Part shown: positions 1-13,293 of the stretch, piece by piece
Layout of the letters: each line of letters opens with the position of its first letter
How positions within the stretch are numbered: the first letter of the stretch is position 1
Assembly (NCBI GenBank): GCA_051362555.1
Contig: CM120640.1
Span: 51,872,788-51,936,787, forward strand
Reading direction: 5' to 3'
DNA length: 64,000 nucleotides
From: Lingula anatina
Taxonomy: Eukaryota > Animalia > Brachiopoda
The notes under the pieces: generated by a model
What the model saw: the letters and a program-made list of their open reading frames with translations, nothing else
Told to the model about the DNA's origin: nothing
The model's database searches: none
Program-made: the position numbers and the translations under genes

Positions 1-649
1 AGCAGTATGTTAGAGCCTTCAGAGATTCAGAGATCGTTTCTATCAACTAAAAAATATGTTTTTATGGATTTGCTTTATTAATTATACAAGAACATATAAA
101 AAGTCTAAAATCAAACTAATGTATTCCTATCATCTAGTATCCACACTGCAATTAACACTTGTGCTCTTGACAATCTCGTCACAAATGAAATGTAGCGAAC
201 AGGTAGGTAAGTGGACTTGCAGTTCGTGTTTTGTTGTGCGTGATGCACGTGGCTGCTAATTTACATTCATGTTATGAAATCTAGCTTGAGTCATTAATTT
301 GGGCATTCCTTTTCACAAATCTAGGTATGAGTTCGCAAACGGCTAATCTGTCTAGATGGCCTGATTCTACATGCCAGGTACTAAAGTTGATCATCTTCAA
401 AAGTTATGCAACTTAATTTTAACATACAAACAAGTATCAAGAGTATGTATAGAGAAGGTTGCCAGACAAATATTATTCTCTCCCAATCTGAAAAGATTTG
501 CCAGGTTCAAACACAGACCTCTAAATATGATGCTATTGATGCTTCTCAAGGAGTTACCAAGGATATTGAAACCAATGCTAGAGGTCAAGGTCAAGGAATG
601 TAGAATATGCAAAGCACAAAGGTCACTTACTTCCACAGATGGCCTCTAG

Positions 650-1187
650 TACCCCATTCACACTACAGTCATTTATTCGAATAAATAGCGAATTAGGTCC
701 CGATTCGAATAACTGTATTAGTCTGAACGTGTGAGGATTTTTGTAAAGCGGATTTTCAAAATCCTGCTAGCGAGCTGGATTTTCTTCAGCGATTCGAATA
801 ACTTACCGGAATCGACACCTGTACAGATCTTACTGCGCATGTGTGCAGATAAGTGCGGGTATCTATGAATGCTTGTTTATTACTTAAGTGATTGCACCAA
901 ACATATTTGGAGGTCACCACTCACTACAACATAAGAAGAATAACTTATTTTGCCATATACTTCCCAAGAATGCTGGAATGTCTTTTGAGTTGCATTTGCC
1001 GTCACACATTTTTGTTGGTATTTGAGTTTTCCTGTGCAGCGCATGCGCGAGTGTTCAAAACAGAAAGTTAAACCTGAAATTTTCAACGTGGGATTCACGA
1101 GTGTGAACGCAATACCGAATCGAATTCCTCATGAAAAATTTGAATTATAGAAATGTGCATTTTTGCAACTGTAGTGTAAATGGGATA
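650..1187. mobile_element. Non-autonomous PIF/Harbinger-type DNA transposon (MITE), 538 bp
   Basis: Left end TACCCCATTCACACTACAG (650) matches the reverse complement of the right end CTGTAGTGTAAATGGGATA (ends 1187). Identical 3-bp TAG flanks at 647-649 and 1188-1190. CpG-rich interior, no transposase ORF. Confidence 0.75.
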
Positions 1188-4100
1188 TAGATTGCTCACA
1201 ATGGTGCAAGTATTATGTCTTCAATGATTAGTAAGTGTGTACATTATAGGCAATTGTGAAATTTCATCCAGAAAAACTTCTGGATTGAAATATCAAGTGA
1301 TGTTACATGCACCACTAAAAATTAAAAAAAAACAAAAAAAAACAAACAAACAAAAAAACAACTCATTGTCTGTGTCTTTCATATCCAGGCAAAACTTTAT
1401 AACAGAGTCAATCAAGACTTGCGTAATGTAATTTTACCACTGCACAGCTTTTATTATCTGTAATTAGGGCCCACCTACATTAATAAAACAATCCATCAAT
1501 GCATTATGTGCCCACGTAAATCAATCAGTTCCAGCAGCCACTGCATGCAGCTCACTCTCATCACTGTTAAACTCTTAAGAAACAGTTAGAACTCCTTTTG
1601 TGTACATATTGCCACAAACACATGTGATTAATATGACCTAATACATAAAAGGTGGCTATCTCTACTTTTTACTTTGTTGTAATTGCTAGATTATATCTTT
1701 TATGTCACAGAATCTTATTTGTTTTGAGCAAACCTTTGGGCTATACAATCTCTGGAATCCTGGAAATTTGAACAATTTTCCCCTTTGTCAACAAGGTAAT
1801 TCATATCCCTAATCCTTAAGAAAAATATGATGTATAAATCCATCTTTGGATCTAAATCTACATTTTTATTGTTACAAATAAAATATATCACCATGAGTCT
1901 CCAGCTCTATTATGTGGGTGACAAAAAATTAGAAATGCATACTAAAAACTGTCAACAGTTTTGGCCATGGAATACTTGGGTGATCAAGGAAAAAATGAAA
2001 TTTTCCAGGAAAATTAAATTTAGTTTCATACAATGTGTATAGATGTATAACATGCACTTTGTGCCCTTTACCTATCAAGTACAGTCATATAATAGTAGAA
2101 TTGCTCAAATACAAACCCAGTGTTTTCAATGTCTTAATTTAGGTAATATCTAAATTGTTCTCTCTCTTTTCTCTCTCCACCTTTCAGACATACCCTTCAC
2201 AAAGTATTTAGCTATGATGTTGTGTTCATGTAACAATTTGAGTCAGGGTCTGTCAATAGTGAGTACAGCAAACAAGAAATTGCGAATGTCAAAGGCACCT
2301 ATTTCTATAAAACTATAATCATAACAAGGGATCAAATCACTTTTAAATTGGCTCACAAATCAGTCAGCCAACATATAGATTATGACTTACGCAATAAAAA
2401 TCAAATACACCAAACTTACTTAATGAGGAAATGACACTAAATTCCAGATTACAGAGTCTAAGGTTCCAATCTCAAAATGTCAAAATTTTCATTCCAAAAG
2501 ACACTGATATCTTGTAAACAAAGAAAGATGGTTCATCATTACTATTTCAGCTCCGTTGGTGATACCACCTGGGGAGAACACTAATAGGAATTTTATGAAA
2601 CTACAGTTACTGAAAAAATATCAATGATTTATGGCTAATACACTTCCCACATACAGAGACTTCACAGGAAAAGGTTCAAAGAGAGAAAGGATATTATTTC
2701 AGTCTTTAATGTGCCCAGCACCTCATAAGACATCAAGCACTAAACTCCTTTATTATACCTTAATCCATGTCCTCAAAGATAAGGACAGACACAGGATCTC
2801 TGAGGTTACATATTTACTCATTTAATCCCTTTGTCTATATTTTAATTCAAAGTCAATATTCCTTCTAGGTCTACCAGCATGTTTTTATAAATTGAAAAAT
2901 CTTCTCTGCCAGTTCCTTGGTGTCATCAATGCGCAAATAAAACCTATACTTATTTCCATTCCAAGTGTGTTTCAGTATAAAGTCATTGATGATGCAAATA
3001 CTGTTTGACTTGGCTCAGGTCAGGAAAGGGAAAGGAAGAGAAAGAGAAAGGCAGAATCATCTGGCATATTTCATCATTACTAGAAGTTGATAAACCTGCT
3101 TCATTATTATGTGAAGATTTGTTTCATTCCAGGTTTAATGAACATTTACAAGCTTTAAGTGAAAAATGTCTTCATTAACAGTTCCTGTGCACATAGCACC
3201 CAAGGGGCAATTAATAGAAAATGAAGAAATCAGCGGCCCAGCCATCACCATTTCTAGGTAATGAGACTACTTGAAACTGCCTTGAATACCTACAGCAGAA
3301 TGCCCCCTTCATTTATTAATAAACCAGAGACAAGAAAAAAAATATTTACAACGTACTATATTATGGGGTGAATGAAACTAATTATGTTAAGGAAACTCAT
3401 GAATACTTTGAAATGTACACACATATATATATAGCTGCAAATAGATGGATTCATGCACTTTTTTCAGATCACACATGGTTAAGACACCCACATACTGGAT
3501 TGCATCTTTTACCCAGTAAATTCAATAAAATTCTCAGTAAATTCAATACAAGTCTGAGGTTTCAAAACCTATTAAGTGTAAAGCTTTTAAATCTCACAGC
3601 TGGAACACCAGAACTAATTCAACATAAAAGATTTGGCTACCCCCATGTGTGGGTGTGGAATCCCAACTGCAGGCATGCAAATATTTCTTCTTCATAAACC
3701 ATATTGTAATCATAATATAGTATCAGTCTAATAAAATAATTTTGCTAATCTATTTCAATATCTATTTATCTACTGATATAAATCAGTTAATGTGCTCTTA
3801 ACCTATCCCTTTCGGTATACTCACAGTAATCAATAACCATACTGTTTTTTGCTTACTGATCAATCACCATCATCAAAAGGAAAAGGTGTGGACACAAGAC
3901 ATGACTCGTGAACAAGAAAATTTATGACCCTTCTTAAAGTAGATGTGCAAGATTATATGAGACAAAAATGCAATCCTTTGAAATCTGCATAATAGTTGGC
4001 ACGAGGTGAAAAAACACCAGATTCAACTCTGTTTTGAAAGATCTGTTACATGCACTATGTTTTATACATATTGTAAAACAGATGATAACTAAATGTGTAG

Positions 4101-4207
4101 TATGGCTGGAGGAAAGGCTGTGCAAGGGCACTGTTGTATAGGTAAGGAGGGAGCCAGGTAAATACGGGTAAGTGAAGATTTTTGAGAAGGTTGTGTGATT
4201 ATCTTAA

Positions 4208-5261
4208 CCTCAAAACAGCTGCAAAACCAGGTAGGAGGGCTAGCACCTATCATCTCCTATAGGCAAATGACTCAATGATTGGCACCTCCCCTACACCTCC
4301 CCCATTCCCACCTTTCAGAGATATCAACCCTGACACTGCAAACTGAATGCTCCTTTAAGGTGAGGCATACTTTCACATTTCAGACAATCCCAGCAATTCA
4401 TATTAACATAGTGTGAAAAGGTATCACTTCATAATCTAAGGAGCATTCACAGTCCAGTTGGAACAACTAAACTTAGAGCCATATCTCCGCAGACTGTAAT
4501 TCTGATGTCTAAACACCTAAGCATATAATCTGTAGGGATGGTGTGTAACTTTACAGTGGCAACGTGCATGAGAATGTGGTTACATTGGCCATCTATGTGG
4601 GTGCACTTGTATATGATGTAGGTCTGCTGTGACAAATGTTCACTATGATAAAATGCGAGAACAGATGCTTCTAGAAACTGTGAAACTGGGGCAAAGTGCT
4701 ACCATCTTAAAATTTTGGTAGCAAAGTTCTCGTAATAAACTGTAGGTGTAATCTATAATAAAACTCTTTTCCTGGCAATTAGTTTCACCATTTTCCACCA
4801 CGTGAGTGATGAGTGAGCTTGACGAATTGGAAGTATAATTTGAAGCACTGTGCATATGCGGAAACCAGGGACGCACTTAGGTTATGAGGGCCAACTTTCG
4901 AATTTCAGTAGAGTAGTCAATAAATCCATTTTCCCCTACAATGCATGTATAAGCACAGCCTTACTGGGTACAAGCAACATCTTGCCAATTGTGATATGGC
5001 AAATTGACCTAGTTATTGTAATAAAGGAATGTCCTAATACTTTTTCAGAATATTGAACCTCTGCTTTCGAAATAGTGGACTTTCATCATGGCAAACCCCA
5101 GATTTAAGGGGAAAAAACTTATAGGATTTTATAGCAATTTTCTTCATTTTTGGGAATAGGGGACCTTTCTCATAGAGAATCTTGGTTACATACAGCTGAT
5201 CACATCTATGGCTAAAAATAATAAGACGTCTGTTGAGATAGAATATGGTGTAGTTAAGAGG
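4208..5261. mobile_element. Possible degenerate piggyBac-like non-autonomous element
   Basis: Right end GTAGTTAAGAGG|TTAA. Candidate left end TTAA|CCTCAAAACAGC matches only 12 of 16 bases including the TTAA. Confidence 0.25.
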
Positions 5262-5904
5262 TTAAAACTGAACTGCAAATGTGATTTTACAAGAAAACCA
5301 AAAGCCGTGCTCCAACACAGATTTAAACACCACAAGGACATTAACTAACAGAAAATTGTGTTAAAACCCAGGTCCAGCAGAATTTATTTACTTTGATTCT
5401 GGTGGTTTTGAATAATTGACTTCTTATTCCCTGGATCTTAAATTACATTTTTCTAAAGAGGATCACAAATATTGACCAATGAGGCTACTGAAATAACAAA
5501 CTTGCCCTTAGCTTTCCCAGTCTAAGATAAAAATATATGTAGATATATAGAGTATTACTGCCTGAGCAGTTGTCATGACAGTCATGTGAGCGTGAGTGAG
5601 TTGACCAGTTGATCACTGCCATTAGGGCATGTGCTGATGTGGCATTTTGTCAGTTGAGTTATTGAATGGTGAGTGGGTGGTACGGTGAACTACCCTCTAT
5701 AAGGGCCACGAATTGATGACTGATTGATTTTTTTCACTAGATATTCACAGATATGTCTCTGGCTAATTCAAGCCAGTTTTTCCACTGTGAGTGTAAATTT
5801 TTAAGTGGAATTTATTTTAACAGTCAGCTTGCCTCTAGGATAGAGTAATATAGACTCAAGAAATTAAAAAAAAAACTTTCATGTATACTGTAGTTATTAC
5901 AGCG

Positions 5905-5973
5905 TTCTATGGTATTTTCTGGTATTTATGGAATTTTTCAGTATTGTGCAGTATTCTATGGTATCCTATGGCA
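5905..5973. repeat. Degenerate 10-bp minisatellite (TTCTATGGTA-like)
   Basis: About 7 diverged units: ttctatggta ttttctggta ... ttctatggta tcctatggca. Confidence 0.55.
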
Positions 5974-6439
5974 CCTACAGTGTATCAAATATACAATGGA
6001 AAAAAGTGCTTACAGTATATTATGCTAACAAAAGAGTTTCTATTTTTATTTTACTGTACAGCAGTTATATACAGTGTCAGAAAAAATTAACATGAATCTT
6101 TATTTTTAGTAAAACCAACTACAATAAAATGAAACCATGTTTTTTCTAGGCTCAAATTAATGGACTAGCGGTATAACAAATGTACAATAAGCCCCAAAAC
6201 AATAATGCACAATATGAGACTCAATGCCATCTCCATATGTGTAGTCATCAATTCATCGATACAACCTAAACAAATATCATCAGCTTTGTTTTTCTTACAA
6301 TTTACTTGCCTTGATGTAATTCGGCAATCAATCACAGACAGCACCAATGGAGAAGAGTTCTACCAATTCTTGTGTTTCGGTCTATTGACAATTACCAACT
6401 CAAACTAATTAAAAAGCACATCACAAAGAAAAAAATTCC

Positions 6440-6442
<3 letters not shown>

Positions 6443-6497
<55 letters not shown>
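6443..6497. repeat. (GA)n microsatellite
   Basis: Perfect GA dinucleotide run. Confidence 0.97.
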
Positions 6498-6499
<2 letters not shown>

Positions 6500-9419
6500 G
6501 TCTTATGGAATTAAATGCAGTGCCAATTATATACAATTAAGTTTAATGATACTACAAATTGATAGATCTCAAAATAATCTAAAATATTTAAGATGATGAA
6601 TGACTTGGTTTGCATAAACCAGATGGTTCTCTCATGTGCAAATAAACCTTATATCAATTGCAACTAATTGAGCAACTTAATTAGTAGCAATCATACACAA
6701 AAGTTAAGGTAATGGTACTAGAAGCATTAAATCAGCCCATTTTCTCCAAAATTACATATACAGAGATAAATGATCCTTCAGTAGTCAGCATATATATATA
6801 TATATAATAGTTGGACAACAAAAGAGGATGAATATTTGGCAAAGTTCACATTTACATTTGGCAAGACAGCCGTCTACATCCTACTTCCTTGTGCTTGCAG
6901 TGCAGTTGTTTAAAACCCCTTGATTAAAAATTTATACAATGTCCTGCAGCAGTCTGGCTTTGTGATCTTGAAAAAAAAAGGTACACTATCACTTCCTCAC
7001 GCAAGATGTACCTAAGAGGAAAAAAAAAAAGGTCTTCACTCTTGTTTTACTGAATAAAATTAAAAACTATAAATGAAAGAACTTGGGAAGATTTTGTCCA
7101 AGGGAGACAAACAGCCCGTCCCAAGTTTAACACTAAACTTATATGTGTATTAGTGTGTGTGTATGTGTGTTTGTGTGTGTGTGTGATGAGGGCCACATTT
7201 AATTTTTAGTTCATTTCTTTTTTACAACTGAAGACAACCTAATGTGACAGTTCATGGAATTTTGAGGCAAAATTTAAAATACTATCATTATTCAGTTTAT
7301 ATGACTCAGTGATGCATAGAATGAGACTAGTTTATCAATGAAAGAGGTCATTTGTGGTATCTTTATCTTAAACTGTTATATTATTTGATAGCCTACACAT
7401 ACTTCTCAGGAGTCACGTAGCATCCTTTTCCAATAATAATATGAATGCTCAAAATGAAATATACATACAAACTGAAAAATGTAATCAAGGCATATTTTGT
7501 AACTCACTTGAAACATGTAGCTATAGGGTAATGGCTGGCTACTCCCAAACTTCAACTATAATTTTTCTGCCAAAATTCCAATCAGTACAGCCTTTTATCT
7601 ACAAGCACTTGGTCTTTCTAAAATTTCTGATGGTGGAAATCTTTTCTTTTTTATTTCCTCAATAAAACTTCAATATTTAAAGACAATCCACCTTCCTGAC
7701 AAACAACTGCACCTCATTTTTGCACAACATATCAATTTTACAATTAATTTGATAAAACATTACAGCACAGCTATCTGAGTTTTAAACTTGATTCAGTGCC
7801 AGAATAATACAGTGACTTGAAAATATGCCACTTTGTTTGAAAAAGGATTGGTTACCCTGTAATAACAAATCTAGGCATTGATTTTTACATGGAGGTGGTA
7901 GTGTGTTTCTCAAACTCTTCCTTGAGGAGTCCCTTTGAGACACTAATTACAGCCTGATCATTTGTTCAGCTGTAATTACCTGGAAGAATGATACAATTCA
8001 ATAAAGTAAACAAGAGAAAAAAAAGCATCTTATCCTGTTGTAAAGAAGCTGCGTCAAATCAGTAGTATGTTTTATATGCAGTGGTAGCAGCACGCAACCT
8101 GTGCATTTCTCATGCCGTTGAACGTCTTCTTCTTACCTCCTAGTCTGATTGAATTGCTCTCAGCAGTTCTTCTTAACACGACATGTGCAAATTCTTATTA
8201 CATTTTCATCAATTACAATAACAGTCTACTACTGGATCATATTCAATACAATTTATTTAACAATTACAATTAGGCTGATGACAACCTGGGCTCTCGCTGA
8301 GATTTAACATTTCTGCCAAGGGATAAAAAGTATCTCATATTCAGCTGATGGAATTTTTGGTTTCTATTCCCTATTTAAGTGTCTGATCTTAAATTGATGA
8401 TAAAATGTTTTTTTTTTGCATTTTTCATTCACTGTGTTTGGCCAAACTACATGTGCTTTGGGGTTGAGCCAGTTAGCTAATTAGCTAAAGCAAAAGTTAT
8501 GTTGCGGTAACTCAACAAAGATACCAATATTGATAAAATGAAGTGAAATATATACTTAAGTGATTAGAAGAGTTCAAACCAATACAGAACTAAAAAGTAC
8601 CACAATGATAATATTTGTGGTTTTATGTACTGCTAAAAAACAGTAACAATTCAGCTGGTATGATCATCTGCAATTTAGCTCCACTTTTGCCGGTATTGTG
8701 GAATAATTTCAACGAAACAAATTATTTCAAATCAATTCACAAAAAAAGTAGAAAATAAGACAATACCAAAGGTCCTAAATCAGCCTTTGTAGTTTTATCT
8801 ATTTAATTATAAGAGAAAGGAAGACTTTCAGTTTTTATACAATATGCACAACTGAGGAAATAACTGTCTGCTTGGGTTCAATTATGTCATTGAAAAATTG
8901 GATAACAGCATATCTTTTATTTATTCACAAAATTACCCTGCAATGACTGGCACTGGGAGCAAGTTGGAGTTTATAATCCCCCATTAATTATTTACTTTCT
9001 AACTAAAAGCAAGAAATTATGGCATGAAGAAGAAATTCCTAAAGAAGTTTTGAAAATGATGTTTTTTTTTTTTTTTACAATTATGCTAAGACTCTTCAAT
9101 AATAATCACAGACACCCATGTGCATTGGAAATGTATAACAAGAATTCATTGCATATATTGTGACATAAATACTGTTTTCATCAACAAAAAGATGACAATT
9201 ATGTGCATCATGAACATCACGCAAATTGGATCTGCAAAGGTATTTAATAATTCAATGCACACATTGGATTCTTAAAATAGAACTGCACTCAGGACAGGAG
9301 TGCACAATGCTCTACAAGCCACAGTTATCATCTTATGTAACAATTTCATTCTGATTGTAATTTTGTAGGTGTTTTAATGTAGTTATAAGACAAAAAAATT
9401 AAGTAGCCATACTGGAAGG

Positions 9420-9567
9420 CAGGCCCGTAGCCAGCAATTTCAAAAGGGGCGTTCTTTTTCTAAAAAATTGACCCTTTAACCATGAAACCTTTGTGTACCT
9501 AGATAAAATTTTATCCAGAGGGGGCCTTTTTCCAGCAAAACGGTTCTTCTGACCCTCCCCTCCCCCA
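9420..9567. mobile_element. Truncated GC-rich hAT-like MITE fragment
   Basis: Begins CAGGCCCGTAGCCAG, a hAT-like CAGG terminus, and has G/C runs. The matching GGCTACGGGCCTG end is not present. Confidence 0.35.
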
Positions 9568-12500
9568 TGGGAAGGTGAAAGCTAGGACTTCCAACAATAG
9601 GAAATACAATGGTGACCAAGAGCCCTCATTTTTCCAGAGCACGTTTTACAGTGATCTCCAGAACACATTTTACAATGAAAACAAGAACATTTCTCAGTTC
9701 CTTGTAAAAAAAAATTAAACAGCTTTTTTTCTGCTTTGCAGACATATTTAGAAGTTCACCTTCTTGTATACAGCTTCCCTTATCCCTACCACTTTAAGCA
9801 TGGAAGGGTCAATGGAAGTTTATAGGATATTAAGTCTTTGATGTCATCTCACCAGCTCATGTGTATCTAAAGTGAATATCAGCCTAGTATTTTACCTGCT
9901 GCTCTAACCAGGGACACTGGGATAAGAAAGGTTAGAGCCTATAACAATGTTATCTACAGACTGAGAAATGCTACTGGGTACTTTATTGCTAGTTTGAAGA
10001 CCGGTTTGAGATATATGCTTTCTTTTATTGGCATTGTTCAATAGAAGGATCTTTCAACAGGGCTGTCAAATAAAATGTATGTTCAAATATGGATTTTTTT
10101 TATTTGGACAAATGGATTGATTTGCCTCTTGCATTAGATGATGGTAAAAAAAGTACCACGACCTTTGGTTACGATAGATAATAACCAATGAAATGGTGAC
10201 AAAAATATTATCAAACATACAGGAAACAAACAACAACGACAAAAAATAATAAAGAGAATTTACAACTGTATTCTAAACATGCTCCTCGGATGCTTTACCT
10301 GTGATACTTCTCATGGAGCAATTATCTGTCAATTTTCAATTATGTTAGATATGCGATAAAAATTAATTTCAGAATAGCATGATCTCATATTTCCAGACGT
10401 TTGCTTGATTCCAAACTAAATCTACATTAGGTCATCATTTAGTTTAAGACCCATTTTAGGATGATGCATGGACAATGTTCTGGTTGACAGAATTCCCTTT
10501 CCCTTGCAGGTACATATGGATAGATATAGACTTTAGTACCTCTTGTAATGTAGAATTTAGATCAAGGTTTTACAGGTGTTTTTATGGCAGAAATTGATAC
10601 CAAACACACATCTGACAACTATTTTCCGAACAATAATTTAGGTTGGTAAAATGGCAATTTTCAAAATGGCAGACAAAAAACCCTAACAAGAGTCTCATCA
10701 CTGACAATTGAAGCCACCATGGTTTGTTATATGCCTTTTCTTATGTTTTTAGCATTGTAAAACCCAATACCCTTATGTTAGCACCGCCATTGTTCTATTT
10801 CAAATTGAATTTGGTATACCTTGTGTGCTGATAGTTCATTGCTAAGCTCGACAGAAGAATCAGAATTTCGGTCACAAGAATCTCAGTAACAAGGAGAGAT
10901 AAAAATGTCTCGAGTTCTGTAAATGTGAATTATAAGAAAAATGCAACATGATTATAACCTCAAACAACCAAAATATCTTAAAACTATTTAAAAAGGATGT
11001 ACGATGTACCTTTGTTCTACATGTATAAAGCTGGGGAAATAATCATTATCACAAACTGAGACTTGCAAATTAGTTGCCAAGGAAATATCCAATGTCTGGA
11101 TCTCCAAGAATATCCATCCTCTCTTTGAGAAGAACATTCTCAAAAGAATAATAGTGGATAATAATACATTCAGAGAACTTCTGAAGCTGTGTTATAGTAC
11201 ATGACGTACATGAATAGTGCATGATGGATGGTATATATATATATATATATATATGACGGTAAAGGAGTTAAATGTTAACATGACAAAGAATGTTTTGAAG
11301 AACAACCCTCAAATGATTAATTAGTGAACTCAAGCCAGAAATCGCAGCAAAAATCAGAGAAATCTCCAAAGAAAATGTGTTCCAGTAATTGAAAATTTTG
11401 TGTACCATATGCAAGTGTGCCTCCAATGCTGGGGAGGGGGGGGGGGGGGCAACCAAGATAACTGGGAAATAATCGTACACAGACTGAAGTTTTAAGTCCA
11501 GCAAATTTCGTAAAATTTGATGGACCTCTGTAAGATTAAATACTTTTTTATGGATTGCTTTTTTGGGGTCAAATTGTAAATCCCATCCAAAAGATGTTGA
11601 GAGCTCTTAGCACTTCTCATTTTGACTGACCAAGATGTTTGAGGTGGATCATTATCTCTTTTATCTAAGAGTATGGCTTTTCAGTATAGCTTGTCAGTAA
11701 ACTGCCAGCACTCATGGTATATGAACCGACTCCCAAATGTACCAATCACAATAATATTATCAGAAATTGATTCTACAACTTGTAAAACATAAACACTTGG
11801 CACACATTACAGTGCTTTAGTTGTTGATGGAACTCTAGGTAGGCTTTTTTGTCTGCATTTTGAAAATTGACAATTTACTGACATAAATAAATATTGTAGA
11901 AATAAATAATTGTCAGATTTGTGTTCAGCAGCAAATTTTGCCTCCAAAAACATGTTTTAGAATATTTTTTTAGATTTACCCTGTCCTTCACTACCCATAA
12001 TTCATTTGTGCTTCTGGGAAGTTATCTTGTTTCTTCAAATGGAAAATAAGTCTTGTTGCATTATTTCTATGACTTTATTTCTATGACATTATTTCTCCTC
12101 TTCCTGTCTCACATACACTTCACAAGATAAACCCAATACGGAGGACACTCAGGAGTGTCCATCTATGAGAACTAGGCACATACCTGGTTTTGCTACAAAA
12201 TCCTGCAATTTCTTGACCTTTCTTTTATACATTTCTACTAATAATCTGACTGGAATTAGCCTCCTGTGCTTTTAACCGACCTGTCAACCATAGCATGCAA
12301 AACACACGTATAAAACCTTTAAAATTTTTATATAAAATGCAGAAATGTAAACAACTGAAAGAAATTTGCAAAACAAAATCCGAAGTATTTTTGCTTACAT
12401 ACACTTTGTTATGGTACATATACCTGTTCAATGATTATGGCAGAAAAAGGAAGAATACACCCATACAAAGTGATAGACAGACAAAGCAAACAAAAACTTA

Positions 12501-12739
12501 GATTTCAAGACCTATCCTGGTACTATCCCGATAACAAAGATGGTAGCAATGAAAAATACCTATATCATACAGGTACAGCTGAATGACTTAACCAACAGTG
12601 TATCCATAATTTAAGCTATCATTACGAAATTTACACTGTGTAATTACAGTATAGCATGATTAACATTATTTTTTGTTTTTTCTCTACACAATCTCAGAGA
12701 ACATTATTTACAAATAAAACATTACAATTAAAACAATAA

Positions 12740-12745
12740 TTTATT
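12740..12745 (-). terminator. Candidate polyadenylation signal (AATAAA) for the minus-strand GPCR
   Basis: First TTTATT I found on the plus strand downstream of the GPCR stop codon, about 550 nt away. Confidence 0.3.
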
Positions 12746-13293
12746 TGCGTATTTCACATTTAATAAATTTTGATATCTTTCAATATAAACCTAATTCAGT
12801 GTGAAATACACTTGGCAAAAAACATATGACAAGTGTTGCAACCTTTCTGAGAACAGTAACTGTTATTTATATATAATGACTTTGGCGTAAATAGCTATTC
12901 ACATCATAAATATTGTAATACTCAGTACTCACTGTACTAAACACTGATCCAAAACAAACAATATCAAGTACGACATCAGCAACACAGAATAAAAATGGAC
13001 CTCTTGAGATTACAAGTGATGAATTGTAATGCACAACAAATATATTCATGATAAAAAAAAATGTAGCATCTTCCTTACAATCAAACCTATATATCTAGGT
13101 TTATCAATGGAAAATACCTTGAGATCTTCAATCCAAAGAAAAACATGAGATTGATCCAATCCGGCCACTAATATCCTGCCAAGAATTATCTGCCAATTAG
13201 AAATGTTCAAATGCTTTAAGGAAAAAAAAACACTGAAGCAAACCGTCTGATGCACAGCAGATTATTACAGACATCTATTATCCATCAAGACAT

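Noticed and set aside
371-649. Overlapping short ORFs at the window start, considered as the missing TTF2 terminal exon
   Set aside because: No T(V/I)EEKI or LQxKK-like motif in the minus-strand frames I read, and no recognisable domain.
5681-5710. TACGGTGAACTACCCTCTATAAGGGCCAC, resembling a pogo/Tigger terminus
   Set aside because: No matching inverted end was found in the window.
11268-11504. ORF containing SPALEAH, similar to the TTF2 NPALExQ motif
   Set aside because: Similarity stops after five residues, it follows a C-run, and the real exon is at 52556-52630.
12143-12175. Perfect hairpin GGACACTC-AG-GAGTGTCC followed 11 nt later by CTAG, like a Helitron 3' end
   Set aside because: CTAG is followed by G rather than T, the loop is only 2 nt, and there is no 5' end or second copy.
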